From Balanoglossus misakiensis (taxonomy: Eukaryota > Animalia > Hemichordata), in NCBI GenBank assembly GCA_040954595.2, contig CM082588.2, positions 9,966,844 through 10,030,843 of the forward strand: DNA of 64,000 bases, written 5' to 3'. The position numbers were made by a program, and so were the translations under genes. Shown one piece after another: positions 26,182-39,700 of this stretch. The notes below the pieces were generated by a model. It was not told the origin of the DNA. It made no database searches and saw nothing but the letters and a program-made list of their open reading frames with translations. Within the stretch, counting starts at the first letter, position 1, and every line of letters begins with the position of its first letter.

Positions 26182-28974
26182 TGTGTACTTGAGTCCAGTG
26201 AATTTGTCAAAAATCTTTAAAAATACTATAGATGCTCAAAACTCGGAATCGGACACGGAGATCGGAAACGGATCAACTGCGTAATCAACGGATCATGTGA
26301 TGATGTGATCGCGGCCAATCGGTAAAGGCTGCCGCACACGAGAGAAATAAGCTGAGCAAAAAGTCATTCGAGGAATTTTGCTCAGCAAGTTTCTCTCGTG
26401 TGCGGTGGACTTGAGTAATTTTCCTCGCGAGGAAAAAAAATATCAAACATGTTGAATATCGTGATCCGCGGCGCAAAAGATCAGGAAAAATCGCCCGCAC
26501 ACGGAAGGAAAATTTATATTCTCACCCAAATTGAAAGTTATGTTTGTGAGCGAAAAAACTTGAAGTGCATTTTCTGCAAAGTTCAAGTTCATGGGTCTAC
26601 ACCATAAATTACGGCCGTACAAACCCGTGAGATAATACTAGTAAAAGTTGTATGTTCGTATTTTTTTTTTTTATTGCATTGGGAGGGGGGGGGCAACGCT
26701 ACAACCATAATGATATTTGTAAATTTACAAAAGACAAATGGCGATGGAACATAATATGTAAACGCCGAGAAAAATCACTACCATAGAGAAATCACGATGT
26801 TTTATATGTGCTAATATAGTATGTACATCAACATAATTTAACACCTAATCTTTCTACATATTGCAGGATACTGGCAAGATGACTAGCACTGAAACGAAAA
26901 GTGATAGTTTGTGTGAAGTGCTGCAAACCCTGCCAGAAAATGCAGTCAGCCTGATTTCGTCGATGGTTAAAAATAGCACAGTGAAACCAACCAGCAGAAG
27001 ATGGGATAGAGATGTAATAAAATTCGGCCTACACTTGTGGCTTAGAACGCCACAGGGCTATGAAGACATAAGGAAAAGCGGCCATCTTCTACTCCCCTCC
27101 CCTAGACGTCTGCAGATGTACAAGAACATAATCGATAAAAAATCTGGGTTTCATGACGACATATTTCAGTGGATGAAAGACACGGCTGCAGAGAAAAACA
27201 TCCTCCCATCTGGAGGCTCGGGTGGTATCATACTAGATGAGATGGCCATCCAGGAGGATCTACAGATTGACACCAGAGGTGGCATTAGTAAACTAGTTGG
27301 TGATGTAGACCTCGGAGACGAATGTACCAGTATGGATGTGATGAAGGCTGGATACAAGAAAGGAGTACTTGCGAATCATACTCTACAATTTCAATTTCTG
27401 GGCTTTACCGGTTTCACCTTCCCATTTGCGCACTTTCCAACTCGCCAAGTTCAGGCCTATCATCTTTACGTTCTATTTTGGGAAGCTGTTGATAAATTAA
27501 CAGACTGGGGCTTTACTGTTGATTTAGCAATGTTCGATGGTGCCGCAGCAAATCGTTCTTTCCTGAAAATGAATTTCAACGGCAACCCACTTGATGAAAA
27601 GATGCACGCCCCGAACCGCCTCTGCAGTCCTTCTGACACCGTTATAATGTGTATGGATCCAAACATGTAATTAAGAGACTAAGGAACAGTGTACTGAAGA
27701 GTGGTGAAGGCGATACCTATCCCAGGCATTTGCGATGGAATGGTGTTTATATTGAATGGCAACACTGGCGCGATTCCTACAAGTGGGACACAGAAGTTAA
27801 CCCGGAAATGTGTAGAATCAACCACAGGTTAACAACCGAACACATTTTCCCGGGAATGTCCGCAAAAATGCGAAACCATCTCGCTGAGCAGGTCCTCGAC
27901 AGTGAAATGCTCCACCTAATGGTTTGCTTCCAGCAAAGTCTTCCCGATCCAGATATAGCCAGGCACGACTGAATGGCACAATCGAATTCTTACGCCACAC
28001 CAGTCAAATCGCGTCATTTTTCACTGACGACAGGGAAGTAAAAGGGTGTGATGATGGGAGGCTGTTGCAGTTACTCGTGGCAAGAGATTGGTTCCAATCG
28101 TGGGAGAAAGACGAGTTGGCAGACGAGACAACAACCAAAAGCAAGAGGGCCAGAAGACTGATGTCACATGAGACACGTGAAGACATTGTGTTTTGCCTGA
28201 CCGCAGTCGTCGAGATTTGTGAGAAGAGGGCGGCTAAGTCGCTGACTACACTCCCGAGTCGACTCAACAGTGACGTCGTTGAGAACTTTTTATGCCAGCA
28301 GAGGACGAATCATAACGGCTCGAACACCAACCCTACGTACCTCCAATATACAAAGGGGTGAACAGTGTTTTGCTCAGTCAAACGAGCCGTACGTCGGCTA
28401 AGAAAGCCAATGCTGGTATAAGGGCGGCACAGCCTTTTAATTTCACTACACCCAAACCTTTAAAGGTTCAGAAAATAAGTCAAAATTGAGCGGTGCACCC
28501 CCTGTTGTTGTTCATTTATTCCTTCTCGAAATGAGAAGAGTTACATCAACACATTAAATTACAGTCGGATTGTTTTTTGACCATTAACTTGTATCTACGG
28601 ATGACAACGTAACTCAGACGATTAATGGACTCTACATACATACTATAGAATTGTATTAAATGTTGCGACTTAGAAATGTGATGGTAGTTTATGTCTTCAT
28701 GACTAATAGATAATATATAATAATTACTGAAATGTGGTGTACATGCACATTTATTGGTGCAATGACATCACTGGTCATAATGTGTTTTCGAATATGTTAA
28801 TTACGATCAATAAATATATGAAAGCAGCTGCAGATTTCTCTCTGTGTTTGTGTTGCATGTTTTCAATGATGTATTATTTGAGCAATAGACTGTAACGGAT
28901 TTATTAGAAACTTAAACCCACCCACAGTTGTATGTACAACCAGCAAAAGTTACAGCTAATGGAGGTTTAAAGAT

Positions 28975-28999
28975 CATAGACCCTAGAGAAAGGTCTATG
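28975..28999. mobile_element. 25-bp remnant with inverted termini (probable P-type excision footprint)
   Basis: catagacc-ctagagaaa-ggtctatg is flanked by the 7-bp direct repeat taaagat (28968-28974, 29000-29006). Confidence 0.6.
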
Positions 29000-30221
29000 T
29001 AAAGATTTAAGGCAGTACGTGCTTCAGGGACATCATTTCAGAAAAATAATAGTCCTTAAGAACTTTTAAAGGTGTCCGTGAAAGTACCCAGTGTGCATGT
29101 CCCGTGTTTTTTATTGTCAGAAAAAACTACTGGTTTTCCCGGCATGCTGTTGACCTGTGTCCGAAGGGCAAGTCGAAAAAATAAGAAAATGATGTAACCC
29201 AACACTTCAAAATTGACAATGGTTCCACCGCCAGGCCCCCCAAAATGACATGAAACCGCTTCTTACTTATTCAATTCACGTAGCAAATCACTACTTAATT
29301 TTTCATACTCGTCCTGGCGGATGGCGAGGAGCGAATGGCTTTTCAATGGATGACTTCTCAGTCAAATATGAGGGCTGCACCCCCTGTAACATATGACGTA
29401 TTCAAAATTTACGTCACTAAGGCTCTCGACCAATCAGAAGCCAGGGCACGATTAGTTGACCTCTAACCTCAGTGACCGCGGCCATACTGACATCGACAAT
29501 GTCCACTGTTGAAAGTGTCGCTCAAACCGCGCTCGAAACCTCCACATTTCGAGCAGTTTGCCTTTAAATTGAGCTTTTTTTTGCTACGGATCACAAAACA
29601 TATACTTGTTAGCTTCTACCCGCCGCATTTCGGTAAGTTTTAATGAAATATTCTCAGCGAAATCGCCGCTTGAACATTGTGCTCTCGTCAGTATCCTGGC
29701 CTGTCCTGGCCTGGCGTTTCGTACCTTCTTTTATATTTAGGGGTACTGAAGTCCCCCCCCCCCCCACCCCCACCTCATTGCAAAATGCAGCCCCCCCCCC
29801 ACCCCCATCGCGAAGCGATCGTCTTGAGTGCCTGTGTACAGTACATCGTAACACACTTCCCTGTAGCTAGTATATAGGGCGGCTAGCGCAGCAGCGTACA
29901 GCGCGACAGCAGGCAAAGGCCTAATTCAATCACGAATAATACATCTGGTTAGTTTATAAACCAATCTTGAACACACTCGGCAAATGTCTGAGGTCAGACG
30001 GAACCACACTCTCTACTTTAGAAGGAAATACGTGGAAAAAACTCCGAAAAAACAGCCAAAATTAGTTCGCTCGAGCAAATCGGGCATGTACGCTGTCGCG
30101 CGACAGATTGTCTCGACATTGTCTACGCATGCTCAGGCAATGACATCCGGGAACGCTGGGTAGGAGGGCTCGTTCAATGCGGAAGTTTCGATCGCTTCGC
30201 GCGCCAATGCTATATTCACAC

Positions 30222-30320
30222 TAGTCTCGGTTACCCAGACCCCCCTGCTTCTTCCGTTGGGCTCTCCCCTCTTTGGAGTGCCCAACGGAAGAAGCAGGGG
30301 GGTCTGGGTAACAGAGACTA
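30222..30320. mobile_element. 99-bp palindromic MITE with TAG...CTA ends and 9-bp TSD (AcademH-type)
   Basis: tagtctcggttacccagacccccctgcttcttccgttggg...cccaacggaagaagcagggggtctgggtaacagagacta. TSD tattcacac at 30213-30221 and 30321-30329. Confidence 0.85.
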
Positions 30321-30909
30321 TATTCACACAAAACCATTCCATCTAGAAGAAGAGCCACTTAAAACATTTATGTAGAACCTCTTTGACCAATACACTCAAA
30401 AGTGTTATCGGTGAAGCATTTTTGATTGTCATTCTGTAAGTCGGTTATAGTGAAGGGACGGCGGAGGCAGCTTGGATTGCACCATTATCTGGTGGGTTGC
30501 GCCGGATTCTGTTAATAGGGTGACGTATCAGCTGTCTGGCATAACATGGACAGAGAAGAATCGCTGCTCTCTGGATGAAGGGACGAGGCGTTTTCCAACT
30601 AGTTTGAAAATATACTAAGTAATAAAACGTCAGGGGACATACACTGTAAAGGTGTTTGCAGTTTATCTGTCCTCTCACTACAGAGTAATGTTTGTAGAAT
30701 GTTCTTTACTGCCCTCCCGGATGTGTGGTTCTTCCTTCGCACTTGAACTTCCTATACCTTTCAATTTACTCATGTTGAGGTGAATAACGTAAAATCAGTC
30801 CATTAAATTCTTTGTATAATAATTTGTACTTTGGTTCCCAGTTACAAGTTCTTTTGGTGAAAGAAGCTTTCTCTTCTAGCTTCAGTAAGCCCTCAACAGT
30901 CAAAGGGAA

Positions 30910-31150
30910 AAATAGAATCTCACACTCCCAAGGACCTGGGATCGTATTTCTCACACGAGTTTGGGATTTTTTGTCCCACACGAGAATATTTGCTCGTTCT
31001 GAGGGGTACGAATATCATTATCCAATCAGAGCTCGTGTCAGATAACAGTTGTATGTGTGCGCATTAACACAGAGTGTGGGATCGATTTGATCCCACCCTC
31101 TCTATCCCACACTCCCAGCGGCCAGGAGTGAAAGAAAAATCTGTACCATA
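30910..31150 (-). mobile_element. Shorter inverted relative of the 6057-6488 element
   Basis: aatagaatctcacactcccaaggacctgggatc is the reverse complement of ~6452-6485. The other end matches ~6057-6120. Confidence 0.6.
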
Positions 31151-31475
31151 ACGTTGGTTAATTTACCTTGCGACAAAATAATCGACCGTTAAGGGCGCAC
31201 CAGTCATTGGTACGTCACTTAGGCGTACTATGGACACAAACTAAACTTGTTTCAACCACGGTCACTCCATTTCCCCAAATGTTTGTATACATGTTTGAAG
31301 TTGTTGTGCCATATCACAAATTGATCGTTCCACTGTATCTCACTGTCTACCGATACCACGTTCATCCGTAGTATTTCGACCAACTGTCCCTGGGGAAACG
31401 ATCAAATGTCTACTTCGACCCAGAAATGACAGCAGAATTTGCGTCTGTTCTCTCGAACCCGGGAATCAACGTTAC

Positions 31476-31583
31476 TGTTGAAAACAACGTGGATTTTTGA
31501 CATTGTAAAGCGCCATTGAACAATATTGCAGTGGAGTTTGGCGCTCTATAAATCCCTTCGATTGATGATTGATGATGATGATC
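31476..31583 (+). mobile_element. 3' tip of an L2/CR1-like LINE or SINE
   Basis: tgtaaagcgccattgaac...ggcgctctataaat followed by a (GAT)n-like tail. Confidence 0.5.
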
Positions 31584-33279
31584 CAGACCTTAGCGAATAT
31601 TCGAAAGGGGCTTAGCTGAACCAAAGTTGCCGTAACAATCCTGAAGATGCCACCAATTGTGACGGAAACCCGAACGGTATACCTCGGAAAACTGGTAGGG
31701 CGCAGGCGGACCGGAGTGAGCCTCTCACAAACAGCGCTGTCTCTAAACACAGCGGTCAGAACTCGTCAGAACGCGGAAAGCAGGCGTCTTGATGAAGATA
31801 TCGGCCCACACCGAGCTGCTAAGGTAAACACGTCTGAGATCTCCGATCGGTGACACGGGGCTGGCTAGACCCGGGGCTGGCTAACCGATAGCGATACAAG
31901 TGGACTAATCAGGTAAAGTTGCACAGAGCTGAAACTTGAGGTTCCCCCTTCAACAGATCCACGCTAATTCCCCCCTCAAATATACATGATAGACAGGCTC
32001 ATCACGTGACCCAGAACGCACTTCTGATTGGTGATTGATTCACCAGGGGAGAGATGGGGAAACCCCTCCATCTCTAGCTTGCCAGACAAGTCAGCCCAGT
32101 AATGGTCACCATGGCAACACCACCACGCAAATGAAGCCAAAGAAAAACACAATGCAAAATAATAATTCACATGGAATAGCAATTCAATAACACACATTTG
32201 ACGTCATTCAACATTTGCTGCGTACAAAATGTCTAAATGTTTCTAAATGTGGGTGTTTTAATATTGTTCTGTTCGTATATATTCCAATTCACATGAATGG
32301 GGGTGGTAAATGTTATCACATTCAGTATGAGAATTTCGGTGTCAGGTTTGGTCCTTGTGTCCAACGCTTTCAGTCAACACTTACAGTATCTACCGGTCTT
32401 CTGTTAGCTTTCTTTGCACTCCATTCTGTAAACATGCAAAGCTCAGTCGGTTTATTATGTGGATGGGTTGGTTTGACGAGAATGTCTTGACATGTCGAAA
32501 TTTCATTATAGGATTAATGATTATTCTTTTGTTCTATTTTCCTCATGCATCCAGAAATTGTGCTTACTGTGCGGGTGTTTTAATTATCCATGGAGCCTGT
32601 ACTTCACACTCCCTGTAATTTCTTTCAATTCCCTTTGCCACATGGGGCCACTGTATAAGGGGAAGATGGCAAGAGTAAAATACAGTGCATCCTGTCGACC
32701 GTCCGTTTTGTTGTTTCTCGGCTTTATTTTTCTCCTTGTTTATAAAGTTCTCCATTGTTCGGTTACTGTATTTAATCATTTCACTATTTCACCATTTCGT
32801 GATTTTGTTGATTATAATTAGCCAAAATTAAGTAGTTTAAGCTTATACATGCACGACGTATGTTGCATGTGTGTTCAATGTTTCAAGGTGTCGTTTTTAC
32901 ATGTAGGTAAATTGTCAATTGCGTGGCCATGCAGACACACTATCATGTAGTCAGTGCAGTGTGTCCCGGATGTAATCTAATGTAGTTCTATTGTTTACTC
33001 ATGGAGCTACTTAACGTGTCAAAGTTACTATGTACTGCTTCGAGCGGTGTATTTTTGTATTGGGTGCCATGTGTTAACTTATTATTTAGCTAAATTATTT
33101 GTTCAAAAGTCGTTATTTAACATACTTATATGTATGTAATTAAAAATTTGCAAACCATTTAAGTCCTGACAATTTATTTATAAATAATTTCAAGTCGATT
33201 CAATTATATACATAAAATGTATTTTATGCTCTTTTATTTATATATAATAAATTATTTATAAACAATGTCAGTGTCAGTC

Positions 33280-33550
33280 TATTATATATATATCATGAGT
33301 GATGTACATAATTATTTATATTTAATTAATTATTTATAAATAATAAAAATTTAAGTGTATTATATATATATCATGAGTGATGTACATAATTATTTATGTA
33401 TAATTAATTATTTATAAATAATACAAATGTAAGTGAATTATATATATATATCATGAGTGATGTACATAATTATTTATATATAATTAATTATTTATAAATA
33501 AACAAAATTTAAGTGTATTATATATATATCATGAGTGATTTACATTATAT
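33280..33550. repeat. AT-rich minisatellite, ~78-80-bp unit x ~3.5
   Basis: Repeated tatatatatatcatgagtgatgtacataattatttata..taattaattatttataaata. Confidence 0.9.
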
Positions 33551-33786
33551 AATGAATTATATATAAATAAGTGATTTCTAAACCATGAAAAAATGCACTC
33601 GCGCCGTTTGTCAACTTATTGTTTAACGCAAACTCATTATTTAACGCAAACTCATTATTTAAGGCCTGTTCACACAACCCCTTGCATTTGGATCATTATG
33701 TACACATATAGTCCCCACACGTGAACAAGAAATGCACATTACTTGCGGTCATTTCATTTTTATTATACTCATATATACTTATATAT

Positions 33787-36700
33787 CTGTAATGGAAATG
33801 GAGAAAGTACCTTATATTTTCTGTAAAATAGACATTTAATTGGCAAGCCGTCCTGCATCAATTATTAATTGTGTACATGCACTAAAGCGCCCTCACTGCT
33901 GGGTGTGTTGTATGGTCTTTAACCCTGTTTCAAATTAGAGTACTTTCTGCAATTTCAAGACAGATCTTACGTGCCATTGGAGAGCTCCATTGACTGGTCA
34001 TTCATACTGTTTTCATTCATTCATTGCGGCATCAATATATTTTATCTATTCTAGCCAAAGAGCTTGGCACCTGTTGAAATGAACTCATCTGCTGTGGGCC
34101 AGTTTATTGGTGGCAGTTGAGCTGAGGAGAGCACCTTCCTTCCCGGCACGCCACCAAGTAAAGTTCCACGCCGCCCCCCACAGATGCCAGCATTCATTCA
34201 TGCGAGTGAGTGTAATTGCAAATTTGCCTATTCTAGATCTGTAATGGAAATGGAGAAAGTACCTTATATTTTCTGTAAAATAGACATTTAATTGGCAAGC
34301 CGTCCTGCATCAATTATTAATTGTGTACATGCACTAAAGCGCCCTCACTGCTGGGTGTGTTGTATGGTCTTTAACCCTGTTTCAAATTAGAGTACTTTCT
34401 GCAATTTCAAGACAGATCTTACGTGCCATTGGAGAGCTCCATTGACTGGTCATTCATACTGTTTTCATTCATTCATTGCGGCATCAATATATTTTATCTA
34501 TTCTAGCCAAAGAGCTTGGCACCTGTTGAAATGAACTCATCTGCTGTGGGCCAGTTTATTGGTGGCAGTTGAGCTGAGGAGAGCACCTTCCTTCCCGGCA
34601 CGCCACCAAGTAAAGTTCCACGCCGCCCACCACAGATGCCAGCATTCATTCATGCGAGTGAGTGTAATTGCAAATTTGCCTATTCTAGAATCTTACGTGC
34701 CATTGGAGAGCTCCATTGACTGGTCATTCATACTGTTTTCATTCATTCATTGCGGCATCAATATATTTTATCTATTCTAGCCGAAGAGCTTGGCACCTGT
34801 TGAAATGAACTCATCTGCTGTGGGCCAGTTTATTGGTGGCAGTTGAGCTGAGGAGAGCACCTTTCTTCCCGGCACGCCACCAAGTAAAGTTCCACGCCGC
34901 CCACCACAGATGCCAGCATTCATTCATGCGAGTGAGTGTAATTGCAAATTTGCCTATTCTTACGTGCCATTGGAGAGCTCCATTGACTGGTCATTCATAC
35001 TGTTTTCATTCATTCATTGCGGCATCAATATATTTTATCTATTCTAGCCAAAGAGCTTGGCACCTGTTGAAATGAACTCATCTGCTGTGGGCCAGTTTAT
35101 TGGTGGCAGTTGAGCTGAGGAGAGCACCTTCCTTCCCGGCACGCCACCAAGTAAAGTTCCACGCCGCCCACCACAGATGCCAGCATTCATTCATGCGAGT
35201 GAGTGTAATTGCAAATTTGCCTATTCTAGATCTGTAATGGAAATGGAGAAAGTACCTTATATTTTCTGTAAAATAGACATTTAATTGGCAAGCCGTCCTG
35301 CATCAATTATTAATTGTGAACATGCACTAAAGCGCCCTCACTGCTGGGTGTGTTGTATGGTCTTTAACCCTGTTTCAAATTAGAGTACTTTCTGCAATTT
35401 CAAGACAGATCTTACGTGCCATTGGAGAGCTCCATTGACTGGTCATTCATACTGTTTTCATTCATTCATTGCGGCATCAATATATTTTATCTATTCTAGC
35501 CAAAGAGCTTGGCACCTGTTGAAATGAACTCATCTGCTGTGGGCCAGTTTATTGGTGGCAGTTGAGCTGAGGAGAGCACCTTCCTTCCCGGCACGCCACC
35601 AAGTAAAGTTCCACGCCGCCCACCACAGATGCCAGCATTCATTCATGCGAGTGAGTGTAATTGCAAATTTGCCTATTCTAGATCTGTAATGGAAATGGAG
35701 AAAGTACCTTATATTTTCTGTAAAATAGACATTTAATTGGCAAGCCGTCCTGCATCAATTATTAATTGTGTACATGCACTAAAGCGCCCTCACTGCTGGG
35801 TGTGTTGTATGGTCTTTAACCCTGTTTCAAATTAGAGTACTTTCTGCAATTTCAAGACAGATCTTACGTGCCATTGGAGAGCTCCATTGACTGGTCATTC
35901 ATACTGTTTTCATTCATTCATTGCGGCATCAATATATTTTATCTATTCTAGCCAAAGAGCTTGGCACCTGTTGAAATGAACTCATCTGCTGTGGGCCAGT
36001 TTATTGGTGGCAGTTGAGCTAAGGAGAGCACCTTCCTTCCCGGCACGCCACCAAGTAAAGTTCCACGCCGCCCACCACAGATGCCAGCATTCATTCATGC
36101 GAGTGAGTGTAATTGCAAATTTGCCTATTCTAGAATCTTACGTGCCATTGGAGAGCTCCATTCATACTGTTTTCATTCATTCATTGCGGCATCAATATAT
36201 TTTATCTATTCTAGCCGAAGAGCTTGGCACCTGTTGAAATGAACTCATCTGCTGTGGGCCAGTTTATTGGTGGCAGTTGAGCTGAGGAGAGCACCTTCCT
36301 TCCCGGCACGCCACCAAGTAAAGTTCCACGCCGCCCACCACAGATGCCAGCATTCATTCATGCGAGTGAGTGTAATTGCAAATTTGCCTATTCTTACGTG
36401 CCATTGGAGAGCTCCATTGACTGGTCATTCATACTGTTTTCATTCATTCATTGCGGCATCAATATATTTTATCTATTCTAGCCAAAGAGCTTGGCACCTG
36501 TTGAAATGAACTCATCTGCTGTGGGCCAGTTTATTGGTGGCAGTTGAGCTGAGGAGAGCACCTTCCTTCCCGGCACGCCACCAAGTAAAGTTCCACGCCG
36601 CCCACCACAGATGCCAGCATTCATTCATGCGAGTGAGTGTAATTGCAAATTTGCCTATTCTAGATCTGTAATGGAAATGGAGAAAGTACCTTATATTTTC

Positions 36701-39700
36701 TGTAAAATAGACATTTAATTGGCAAGCCGTCCTGCATCAATTATTAATTGTGTACATGCACTAAAGCGCCCTCACTGCTGGGTGTGTTGTATGGTCTTTA
36801 ACCCTGTTTCAAATTAGAGTACTTTCTGCAATTTCAAGACAGATCTTACGTGCCATTGGAGAGCTCCATTGACTGGTCATTCATACTGTTTTCATTCATT
36901 CATTGCGGCATCAATATATTTTATCTATTCTAGCCAAAGAGCTTGGCACCTGTTGAAATGAACTCATCTGCTGTGGGCCAGTTTATTGGTGGCAGTTGAG
37001 CTGAGGAGAGCACCTTCCTTCCCGGCACGCCACCAAGTAAAGTTCCACGCCACCCACCACAGATGCCAGCATTCATTCATGCGAGTGAGTGTAATTGCAA
37101 ATTTGCCTATTCTAGAATCTTACGTGCCATTGGAGAGCTCCATTGACTGGTCATTCATACTGTTTTCATTCATTCATTGCGGCATCAATATATTTTATCT
37201 ATTCTAGCCGAAGAGCTTGGCACCTGTTGAAATGAACTCATCTGCTGTGGGCCAGTTTATTGGTGGCAGTTGAGCTGAGGAGAGCACCTTCCTTCCCGGC
37301 ACGCCACCAAGTAAAGTTCCACGCCGCCCACCACAGATGCCAGCATTCATTCATGCGAGTGAGTGTAATTGCAAATTTGCCTATTCTTACGTGCCATTGG
37401 AGAGCTCCATTGACTGGTCATTCATACTGTTTTCATTCATTCATTGCGGCATCAATATATTTTATCTATTCTAGCCAAAGAGCTTGGCACCTGTTGAAAT
37501 GAACTCATCTGCTGTGGGCCAGTTTATTGGTGGCAGTTGAGCTGAGGAGAGCACCTTCCTTCCCGGCACGCCACCAAGTAAAGTTCCACGCCGCCCACCA
37601 CAGATGCCAGCATTCATTCATGCGAGTGAGTGTAATTGCAAATTTGCCTATTCTAGATCTGTAATGGAAATGGAGAAAGTACCTTATATTTTCTGTAAAA
37701 TAGACATTTAATTGGCAAGCCGTCCTGCATCAATTATTAATTGTGTACATGCACTAAAGCGCCCTCACTGCTGGGTGTGTTGTATGGTCTTTAACCCTGT
37801 TTCAAATTAGAGTACTTTCTGCAATTTCAAGACAGATCTTACGTGCCATTGGAGAGCTCCATTGACTGGTCATTCATACTGTTTTCATTCATTCATTGCG
37901 GCATCAATATATTTTATCTATTCTAGCCAAAGAGCTTGGCACCTGTTGAAATGAACTCATCTGCTGTGGGCCAGTTTATTGGTGGCAGTTGAGCTGAGGA
38001 GAGCACCTTCCTTCCCGGCACGCCACCAAGTAAAGTTCCACGCCGCCCACCACAGATGCCAGCATTCATTCATGCGAGTGAGTGTAATTGCAAATTTGCC
38101 TATTCTAGATCTGTAATGGAAATGGAGAAAGTACCTTATATTTTCTGTAAAATAGACATTTAATTGGCAAGCCGTCCTGCATCAATTATTAATTGTGTAC
38201 ATGCACTAAAGCGCCCTCACTGCTGGGTGTGTTGTATGGTCTTTAACCCTGTTTCAAATTAGAGTACTTTCTGCAATTTCAAGACAGATCTTACGTGCCA
38301 TTGGAGAGCTCCATTGACTGGTCATTCATACTGTTTTCATTCATTCATTGCGGCATCAATATATTTTATCTATTCTAGCCAAAGAGCTTGGCACCTGTTG
38401 AAATGAACTCATCTGCTGTGGGCCAGTTTATTGGTGGCAGTTGAGCTGAGGAGAGCACCTTCCTTCCCGGCACGCCACCAAGTAAAGTTCCACGCCGCCC
38501 ACCACAGATGCCAGCATTCATTCATGCGAGTGAGTGTAATTGCAAATTTGCCTATTCTAGATCTGTAATGGAAATGGAGAAAGTACCTTATATTTTCTGT
38601 AAAATAGACATTTAATTGGCAAGCCGTCCTGCATCAATTATTAATTGTGTACATGCACTAAAGCGCCCTCACTGCTGGGTGTGTTGTATGGTCTTTAACC
38701 CTGTTTCAAATTAGAGTACTTTCTGCAATTTCAAGACAGATCTTACGTGCCATTGGAGAGCTCCATTGACTGGTCATTCATACTGTTTTCATTCATTCAT
38801 TGCGGCATCAATATATTTTATCTATTCTAGCCAAAGAGCTTGGCACCTGTTGAAATGAACTCATCTGCTGTGGGCCAGTTTATTGGTGGCAGTTGAGCTG
38901 AGGAGAGCACCTTCCTTCCCGGCACGCCACCAAGTAAAGTTCCACGCCGCCCACCACAGATGCCAGCATTCATTCATGCGAGTGAGTGTAATTGCAAATT
39001 TGCCTATTCTAGATCTGTAATGGAAATGGAGAAAGTACCTTATATTTTCTGTAAAATAGACATTTAATTGGCAAGCCGTCCTGCATCAATTATTAATTGT
39101 GTACATGCACTAAAGCGCCCTCACTGCTGGGTGTGTTGTATGGTCTTTAACCCTGTTTCAAATTAGAGTACTTTCTGCAATTTCAAGACAGATCTTACGT
39201 GCCATTGGAGAGCTCCATTGACTGGTCATTCATACTGTTTTCATTCATTCATTGCGGCATCAATATATTTTATCTATTCTAGCCAAAGAGCTTGGCACCT
39301 GTTGAAATGAACTCATCCTTCCCGGCACGCCACCAAGTAAAGTTCCACGCCGCCCACCACAGATGCCAGCATTCATTCATGCGAGTGAGTGTAATTGCAA
39401 ATTTGCCTATTCTAGAATCTTACGTGCCATTGGAGAGCTCCATTGACTGGTCATTCATACTGTTTTCATTCATTCATTGCGGCATCAATATATTTTATCT
39501 ATTCTAGCCGAAGAGCTTGGCACCTGTTGAAATGAACTCATCTGCTGTGGGCCAGTTTATTGGTGGCAGTTGAGCTGAGGAGAGCACCTTCCTTCCCGGC
39601 ACGCCACCAAGTAAAGTTCCACGCCGCCCACCACAGATGCCAGCATTCATTCATGCGAGTGAGTGTAATTGCAAATTTGCCTATTCTTACGTGCCATTGG

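Larger units (their letters stand above)
20411..28490 (+). pseudogene. P-element/THAP9-like DDE transposase, 2 predicted exons with a ~6-kb intron, frameshifted
   Basis: Exon 1 is 20411-20895 (internal deletion at ~20586; Cys motif CTG..RC.LL..CRRC). Intron 20896-26866 is GT..AG, phase 0. Exon 2 from 26867 encodes RRW..LHLWLRTPQGYEDIR..LPSPRRL, IILDEM, FPFAHFPT, FDGAAANR, DP(K)HVIKRLRN, KMRNHLAEQV and LNSDVVENFLCQQR..NPT, with frameshifts at ~27660, ~27950 and ~28353. A TATA-like tataaaag lies at ~20336. Confidence 0.85.

Noticed and set aside
29006-30200. Possible TTAA-type element starting ttaaggcagtacgtgc
   Set aside because: No matching opposite terminus or TSD was found in the window.
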